The notes beneath the pieces are model-generated. The model saw nothing but the letters and a program-made list of their open reading frames with translations, did no database searches and was not told the DNA's origin. A stretch of 63,873 bases of DNA, filler included, from Octopus bimaculoides (lineage: Eukaryota), in NCBI RefSeq assembly GCF_001194135.2. It is 5 parts of 5 records of this genome, joined end to end, with 100 filler letters (N's around TTAATTAATTAA, not from the genome) between each part and the next. Parts side by side here need not be neighbours in the genome. Positions count along the whole stretch, not along the records: positions 41,338 to 61,787 come from NC_069003.1; positions 61,888 to 63,873 come from NW_026345377.1; 3 more parts are not named here. One strand, 5' to 3'. The stretch's first letter is position 1; each line of letters begins with the position of its first letter. The position numbers and the translations under genes are program-made. Shown in pieces: positions 55,851-63,873 of this stretch.

Positions 55851-56673
55851 TCCATCAAACTTTAACACAAGTGGACCTGAACCCATAGTCTATTCAATCA
55901 CTACTCTTAGTTCTTACCATAAGCTGTTCCATTCTGTGTTCTGTAGAAGTGTTTTAGACAAGAATATACAAGACCTAGAATACACCATATCACCTCTGAC
56001 ACAAACCATCCACCTTTTCCACTGGCAGTTTGAAATTTTATCAAGTCAGTCAGCTTTCACAAGATTTTCTTCCTGACACAACGTATTAATGACTTGAATC
56101 TGCTGTCACTGCAATATGTCACTTGTAGTTCTTCAGCTATCCCAGTAAATCTTCCCTGAATGCCAGTTTCTTTGATACATATTGAACTCTAATCTTGTTT
56201 ATCTTCCTATCATTATTGTTCAATCATTTTAACTCAAAGCAGTTGTAGCAATTTAGAAATCATTTATATTTCTTATTTCATTCATTTAATTCATTCATGA
56301 AACAATTACAACAACAACAACAACAACAACAACGGTGCTAATATATTCAGAAATCATTGCTCAAAGTCAAATTCCTATAAAATATATATTTGTCAGTACT
56401 GAGGTTCATTCATTCAATCCTGAAAATAATTCCATTATGCAACTTCATGAATGGCAGCAAGTTTGCCTTCAAGACATTTTAGAGAAAATTGTATTCTTTC
56501 ATTGAAAAGGTTATGGGTGGGGGTAAGCTAGAGATGCTTATGTCACAGAAAAAAAAACAAACTTACTCATTCTGTTGTTATTGGTTTTTGTTGTTGCTGT
56601 TGATGTCAAGTAAAACATATTAGAAATCTCTTAAGTGCAAATTTGGAAGGCTGTAGTAGTTCTTCCTTGCTAG

Positions 56674-56817
56674 GAGAGAATGACACAATACAGAATGTGA
56701 AAAGAGATTACATACAACAAAAGATAATAGAAGGCATAACAACATATAATTCTATAAAAAAACAAATGACTACAAGAGTAGTACCTAAATTTGAACAACA
56801 CATTACAACCAACCTAG
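56674..56817 (+). CDS. Putative coding exon of the same unrecognised gene (GENDTIQNVKRDY...HITTNL)
   Basis: Acceptor TTCTTCCTTGCTAG, consensus donor TAG|GTAAGT, 144 nt open, phase 1-1. Confidence 0.55.
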
Positions 56818-56873
56818 GTAAGTAGATCATTCTGGAAGTATGTGCTTTCGAAAGAGAGACCTTTACTTTTCAG

Positions 56874-56895
56874 ACTATCCACAGTTGCACCACAG
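56874..56895 (+). CDS. Putative 22-nt microexon (DYPQLHHR)
   Basis: Acceptor CTTTACTTTTCAG, donor CAG|GTTAGA; phase 1-2 exactly reconciles exons 56674-56817 and 58806-58966. The upstream intron is only 56 nt. Confidence 0.45.
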
Positions 56896-56959
56896 GTTAG
56901 ATTACTGATGATCTCAAAGAATGTGTAGAACTTATTGTATATTATGCAGGCATTTTTAC

Positions 56960-57500
56960 TGTTGAAACTCCAAATGTGCCATCTCCACCATTACTGACAC
57001 CAAAATCCAGAACATCTTTTGAATTTACACCTGAAATGCTCCACTCAATGCCACCTCAAGCTCATGGACAACTATGCTTCCTCAGGTCTTGATGGTGTTG
57101 CCTATCTGCTTCTCAAATGTGGTGGCCTCTTTCTAATGTATCAGCTTTTACTCCTCTTTCAATTTTGAACAAATTGCCAGCATCGTATTCCTATTTGAAA
57201 AGGGTGACTACACATCAACTGTCAGTTGCTGAGTCAGTCTCTCTTGCCATATCATTAAATTGATAAAATTGATAGAGATTTGTATCAGAGACACAGTGAA
57301 ATTCTCATTACCTAACTCAACCTCACAATTTGGATTTACTCCTAATTCCAGCTGCTGTGATCAACTCATTGAATTTCTTGAAGACATCAAGAATTATAGA
57401 TTGGCAGGGATTTTATCTATCTCATGGGGGGATTTTATCTATCTCAACTTACCAAAGCATTTAATTCTGTGCTACACAAATGACTTATGATGAAGCGTTC
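56960..57500 (+). mobile_element. Decayed CR1-type RT N-terminal fragment
   Basis: SSGLDGVAYLLLK, SQFGFTPNSSCCDQLIEFLED, DFIYLN..KAFNSV..; many stops. Confidence 0.75.
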
Positions 57501-57894
57501 TGCAATGTGTTTGATAGATGAGATTGAAGGGTATGCAGTGAACAGGGCACACAAATGGAGGCGTGGCCAATGGTGAATATCAATCGATTGGGAAATGAAG
57601 GTAATAGGAGTGGGTTAGAGAGGAGGAGATGATGTGGCAGTATTAGCATTACATTTACAGCATTTAAATAGATAATTCCATAGTTAGAAGAGTTATGGGG
57701 GGAAGAGTGTTAGATGACTGATGCAGGAAGATGAGTTGTGGAGGAGATGGCTGAGTCTTCCAAGTACAGTATATTACCAATCATTTCAGTCTTTTGTCCA
57801 CTCTTTCATAAGGTTCAGCATCTTGAGATCAGCCATTACTACTTCATCCTTTATCTTTCTGGGTCTCCTTCTTTCACAAGTTCCATCCACTTCA

Positions 57895-58200
57895 AGTGAG
57901 TGACACGTCTATATGCAGCTGTCCTCATCCATCCGCATTACTTGACCAAACTAGCACAGTCTTCTCTCCTGCACACCACATTTGATGCTACTTATGCCCA
58001 ATTTTTCTCTCAACTCATATTTTGCCATACATGCACACTGATGTTGCACATCCTGCAGAACATGCAAGTTTCATCTTTTGTCTAGTCTTTGCATGTCTTC
58101 TGTACTCACAACCTGTGTTTCACAACTAAATAACATTGCTGTTTGTACACAAGCATCATAAATTTGTCTTTCACTCTGAAAGAGAGGCCTTTTGTTACCA
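57895..58200 (-). mobile_element. Degenerate RTE LINE 3' fragment
   Basis: Minus strand DACVQTAML, LREKLGISSIKCGVQERRLC*FGQVMRMDEDSC. Confidence 0.75.
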
Positions 58201-58805
58201 AATTACAAACTACAACACAGCACACATATAAGTTATAATGAGGATGAAACTAATCTGTCTAAGATTTAAAATCTGGCAATGATGAAATTATTAATAACAT
58301 TACTATGATCCTTTGCTGCTGACTAGAAAATGCAAAAAGAAAATCACTGGTGTCATTTGGAAGTTTAAACTGAGAAGGTTTGGAAATCTTGATAAATTTT
58401 GGAAGATTATTGTTCCAAGCTAAACAGAAAGGACTAAATATGAGTGGAGTGGGGAGAAATCATTAATAAAAGAAACGTGTGTGTGTGTGTGTTTTTGCCA
58501 AATACCTTGTAATGGAATTTGGTAGGCAGAAACTATTTAGAAACTAAGGCGACGAGCTGGCAGAAATGTTAGCACTCTGGGCGAAATGCGTAAAGGTATT
58601 TCATCTGCCGTTATGTTCTGAGTTCAAATTCTGCCGCACACATGGCTAGTATTTATGCTCAACCCATTCAGATATTTCTTTGTGCCATCATACAAATCCC
58701 ATTCACTCTCATATTTTTTGTCTCTTTCTTTCTGTCCCATCCTTGTCATCTGTTTCGCATCCCTTCACAGCAATAAAGTCTATATGTACCTTTTATCTTT
58801 TGCAG

Positions 58806-58966
58806 AATTAAAGGACGTACCCTCCAGCGTTCTAAGACTCTCCCGGTGATCCACATCCCAGCACAGATTGTACTTCAGTGCCAGTCTCCGGAGGCCCGTA
58901 GCCCTTTGGAAAAAATCAACCGGACTGTGATTAACGATGAGTTCAAAAAGAATTATGAAGGACCAG
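58806..58966 (+). CDS. Putative internal coding exon of an unrecognised gene (IKGRTLQRSKTLPVIHIPAQ...NDEFKKNYEGP)
   Basis: Strong acceptor CCTTTTATCTTTTGCAG, donor CAG|GTTAGT, 161 nt open from acceptor to donor (phase 2-1), GC-richer and protein-like relative to flanks. No family recognised. Confidence 0.6.
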
Positions 58967-60449
58967 GTTAGTGATCTTATCTTACTGCCTATTGAAGAGT
59001 ATAGAATTGAATCTCCTACAGATTTACATTCTTGTCATCAGGCACATGAGGCCACATCTAATTCACATATACTCTGCTTCAACTGCTGTCTCCACAATAG
59101 GTTGTCATTGTAAGAGTTTTTTTATAAGGTTTTTTTTATAGGTTGTTTTTATAAATCAGCTCAACCTTGATAAAGCAAGCTTATCACCCTCAAAACTGGT
59201 CCTTTCACTCAATGATCAAGTAAACTTGCATTTATCTCTCCACAACATATCCAGAACATATCTCAGTCATCAAAGTTACCTTATTTTATTGAAGTTCTTC
59301 CTGGCTCTTGTAAATAAAGTTCCTAGTTTATTTCATTGTTAATTACATTTTACTATTATGTGCAGTTGTATTGTTACTGCTTCTACTCTAACATACATCT
59401 GTCCATCTGCCACTATCTCTAATGTATTCCTATCTATCTACCACTCTTTCTACTCTAACAAACATCTAACTGCCTGTTTATCTGATATTATTGCTGTTTG
59501 TTTAAGCTGGTGAGCTGGCAGAATTGTTAGCATGCTGGGCAAAATTCTTATCGATATTTCATCAGTCTTTATGTTATGAGTTCAAAATCCACTGAGGTCA
59601 ACTTTGCCTTTCATCCTTTTGGGGTCGATAAATTAAGTACCAGTTGTGTAGTGGGGTCGAGCTAATTGACTGGCCCTCTCCTGACAAATTTTAGGCCTTG
59701 TGCTTATAGTAGAAAGGATTATTGCTGTTTTGTTGTTTGTTAATCTGCTAAGCTAAGAACAGGTTTATGTTAAATAAGTTCAAAAACAACATTTGGTTAC
59801 AGTATAAGAAAAAATGCTTTGTGGTATTTCTTTCAATTGTGTATGTTCTGAGTTCTATTCTTGCTGAGGTTCACTTTGCTTTTTATCTTTTTAAGGTCAA
59901 TAGAATAAAATACCACTCAAGTACTGCAGTTGATGCTACTGACTTACCTCCTCCCTCCAAATTTCAGGCCTTGTTTCAGGCCTTTATTAGAAGCATTAAA
60001 TTTCTCTCACTCTTTCTTCCTGTTTCTGTTGCACCTGTATTTCAAAGGATCAGCCTTGTCACACTCTGTGTCACGCTGAATCTCCCTGAGAACTACACTA
60101 AGGGTACACGTGTCTGTGGATTGCTCAGCCAATTGCATGCTAATTTCACGAGCAAGCTGTTCCATTGATCGGATCAACTGGAACCCTCGCTGTCGTAAGC
60201 GACGGAGTGCCAACCATTTCCTAAGAGATGTATCATAGATAGATCAATATTGGGTTCAAATTTTGCTGTGAGCCTAACAAATTTTGAGGAGGGGAAGAGT
60301 CGATTACATCGACCCCCCCTCCCCCAATACTCAGCTGGTACATGTTTTCAATATTGTTCAATAAATTGTTAGTCAAAATAATATTGATATCAACCATAGA
60401 GACAAGGTATTTGAAGGATGGTTGTTATAACTGATATTTCAGCCAATTA

Positions 60450-61421
60450 TACTATACGTATAATTATTTCAAGGTTGCTTATATTTACTGGGTTATTTAT
60501 GAATATATGTATTCTTATGCATGTATACATGTTATCACCTGCAAACAGAGTGGCCACATTAAAAATGTCGTTGCATCAATCACGTCAGAGAGCAACTTCA
60601 TCTTCCACACAAAAATCCAGTAGAAGGGAAGAAAGAAAAATAAAAGTTTTTTGCTGTGAGCCTAACAAATTTTGAGGAGGGGAAGAGTCGATTACATCGA
60701 TAACTGATATTTCAGCCAATAAGGAGGCCCCAATGTGGTCACATAACTTATTAGAAATAACAACCAAATCTCCCTCAAATTACATCGCTATTGTCTTGAA
60801 AGATATGCTTAGCGGTATTTCATCTGTCTTTACGTCCTGAGTTCAGATTCCACCGAGGTCGACTTTGCCTTTCATTCTTTCGGGGTCGATAAATTAAGTA
60901 CCAGTTGCGTGCTAGGGTGGATCTAATCGACTGGCCCCCCTCCCCAAAATTTCGGGCTTTGTGACTAGAGTAGAAAAGAATATACAAGATACTCATAGCT
61001 GGGGTGTTATATTAACTACCAGGTCTACATGATCAGGTCTGAACCGAGGCTAAACAGAACTAACAAAATAAGAGTTCGAAAGATAAAGACAGTACTGGCA
61101 GGGATTTGAATTTACAATATAAAATCTAAAATTATTTAGTTTGACAGTCACAGATCAACTGGACGACTTCTCTCAGCTAAACTGTAATCGAAGAGGCTAT
61201 AAGAAGGGAGACAACTTCAGGAAACTTTTATTTTTCTTTCTTCCCTTCTACTGGATTTTTGTGTGGAAGATGAAGTTGCTCTCTGACGTGATTGATGCAA
61301 CGACATTTTTAATGTGGCCACTCTGTTTGCAGGTGATAACATGTATACATGCATAAGAATACATATATTCATAAATAACCCAGTAAATATAAGCAACCTT
61401 GAAATAATTATACGTATAGTA
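60450..61421. repeat. Identical 200-bp inverted duplication
   Basis: 60450-60649 is the exact reverse complement of 61222-61421; the ORF track shows the same peptide on opposite strands. Confidence 0.95.
61148..61356 (+). CDS. Candidate downstream/terminal exon (VTDQLDDFSQLNCNRRGYKKGDNFRK...)
   Basis: TTTGACAG acceptor (alternative AG 6 nt downstream in the same frame), phase 1 compatible with the 58806 exon; the distal part looks less protein-like. Confidence 0.28.
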
Positions 61422-61939
61422 GAAATACAAACACATTTGATACACAACCTATTTACTCTCTGTCTCCCTTTCTGTACATGCGCATGCGCGAACACACACA
61501 CACACACACACAAGCTATGTTTTGGAATAAATACATTATTTTATGATGATGATGATGATCATCATCGTTTAACGTCCGCTTTCCATGCTAGCATGGGTTG
61601 GACAATTTGACTGAGGACTGGTGAAACCGGATGGCAACACCAGGCCCCAATCTGATTTGGCAGAGTTTCTACAGCTGGATGCCCTTCCTAACGCCAACCA
61701 CTCCGAGAGTGTAGTGGGTGCTTTTACGTGCCACCGACACGAATGCCAGTCAGGCGGTGCTGGCAACGGCCATGCTCAAAATGGTGTNNNNNNNNNNNNN
61801 NNNNNNNNNNNNNNNNNNNNNNNNNNNNNNNTTAATTAATTAANNNNNNNNNNNNNNNNNNNNNNNNNNNNNNNNNNNNNNNNNNNNATATATACATATA
61901 CATATACATATATATACATATACATATATATACATATAC

Positions 61940-61974
<35 letters not shown>

Positions 61975-62067
61975 CATATATACATATACATATATATACA
62001 TATACATATATATATATATACATATACATATACACATATATATACATATACACATATATATACATAT

Positions 62068-62105
<38 letters not shown>

Positions 62106-63409
62106 TCATAGATAATGTATGTACGCATATTTGTATATACAAAATATGGATATAATGCTGATAATTATATATTTATATATATTACACACACACACACTGG
62201 TGCAGTGTTACATGTTTCTGAATGTCTGCTTTTTAATACGCGTGTAAGATGTCTGTGGTGAATGAAAATGTGTGTGAATGGTTCAATGATAGCACAGAGT
62301 ATTGCTTCCGGTGTTCGAGAGGATGTATGTATGTATGTATGTATGTATGTATGTCCGTCTTGTTACGTCACTCTGCTTTTTCGTCCCTGTCAGTGAACGT
62401 GTAAATTATATTGTTATCTGTATTAGAGAGAGAGAGAATGACGGAGTGTGGTTGAGTGATTATATCGGGGTACACTGTTCTTGCAAGGTCTCAGGCCTAG
62501 AATTCAGTCTATGAATATCAACTTTCTCACAAATTTCCGAGGCTAAGCGTAAAGATCAAAGCACTACTCACCCCCATCTTGGAGAAATTGAACAAAAATA
62601 AATAAATATGTAAATACAATTAAAATAAGTAAATAAATTAATGAATAAAAAAAAAAATCTAAAGAAACAAACTTTTGGATAGGTATACATCTTATAAAGT
62701 GCGTTTCTTGTATATCTCTGAGAGTGTCTGTGTTATAATGGCAGTATGCGTGTGGCTGAGGTTTAATGTAATTTTTATGTAATTCCTGTTTACAAGTTGG
62801 TCGTATAATTAAGCGCTGTGTGATTTTGAAATTTCTGTGTGTGAGCGTGTGTGCTTGTGTGTGCGTGTGAGCGCGTTATCATACATAGAGAAACAGATAC
62901 ATATATGTAGGATCAGATTTAAATTGTAATTATGCAATCGTAACCAGGAGCTTAGTTTCACGCAATTACTTGAGTGAGCTCGAATGTATGTGTACGTAGA
63001 CCATTATATTCGAAATACATACATACATACATACATACTTAGAAATTTATAAAACATTTATGCGAAATATATATGCACATACACATAAAAATATATGGCC
63101 ATTTACAACATACGTACACATACAAGACAGTGGCATACATTCACCAACACAGATTATATACAGGTACACGAGGATACACATACGCATGTATGCACAGACC
63201 TATGAAAAAATATATACTTATGTACGTGTGTATATACATATATATATATGTGTGTGTGCAGATGTATGTATGTATGTAAAGGTGGCTACGGAGATATAAC
63301 TATGTGTATGGTACAACATCATGACCTCAACCTCTGGCTAAATCCAGTGATGTAATACAGGAAAACAAATGAATATACACATGTATGTATATGAATGTGT
63401 GTGTGTGTG

Positions 63410-63449
<40 letters not shown>

Positions 63450-63873
63450 CACACAAACATACATTCTTAGATTTCATGCACATATGCGTGTGCGTGTGAG
63501 TGATTGTGGGTCTGTATACAAACACACAGATCAACATGTAGCTATTTTTTTTTATAAACGAGTGCATATATTATATACAGGCATATAAACACAAAAACGC
63601 ATACAAATACACATACACTCACCTACATATAAATATACATTCATAAACATACAGTTGCAGACATATGTATCTATATATATATATACATATATATGTACGT
63701 ATTTCTATATATACGTATATATACATATATATGTATACATGCAAATATATACATACACACATATACACACATATACGTATATATATGCACATATATATAC
63801 AAATAGGTTTATATATATACATATACATACATATACGTATATATATACACATATATATACATAAACGTATATA

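Noticed and set aside
55198-56076. 292-aa ORF as a real CDS
   Set aside because: Produced by a 14-bp minisatellite open in all three frames; no codon-phase periodicity.

Overview
AT-rich eukaryotic genomic DNA with many N-gaps, dense microsatellites and tRNA-derived SINEs. The repeat content points to a coleoid cephalopod, probably Octopus (inference). One complete, well-supported gene is present: a 7-coding-exon PLP-dependent L-serine/L-threonine dehydratase (SDS/SDSL family, + strand, 21771-40170, 978 nt, 325 aa). It includes a 40-nt exon and two other exons that the ORF track misses. A second, unrecognised + strand gene is suggested by a phase-consistent chain of 3-5 exons (about 50371-61356) including a 22-nt microexon. 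The rest is transposon debris: Penelope-like elements (PLE; RT + GIY-YIG), RTE, CR1-like and R4/Dong-like LINEs, two mariners, a Tigger/pogo element, SINEs and foldback elements. The most striking unexplained structure is a set of seven type-I hammerhead-ribozyme-like motifs from about six distinct repeat ends. One sits at the 3' end of a PLE ORF, one lies in a tRNA-headed SINE-like element, and two are in sense orientation inside introns of the dehydratase gene. Also notable are several long intronic inverted repeats and a templated inverted insertion flanked by a 21-bp duplication. All coordinates, alignments and mismatch counts were done by eye. No CRISPR array, rRNA or bona fide tRNA gene was found.
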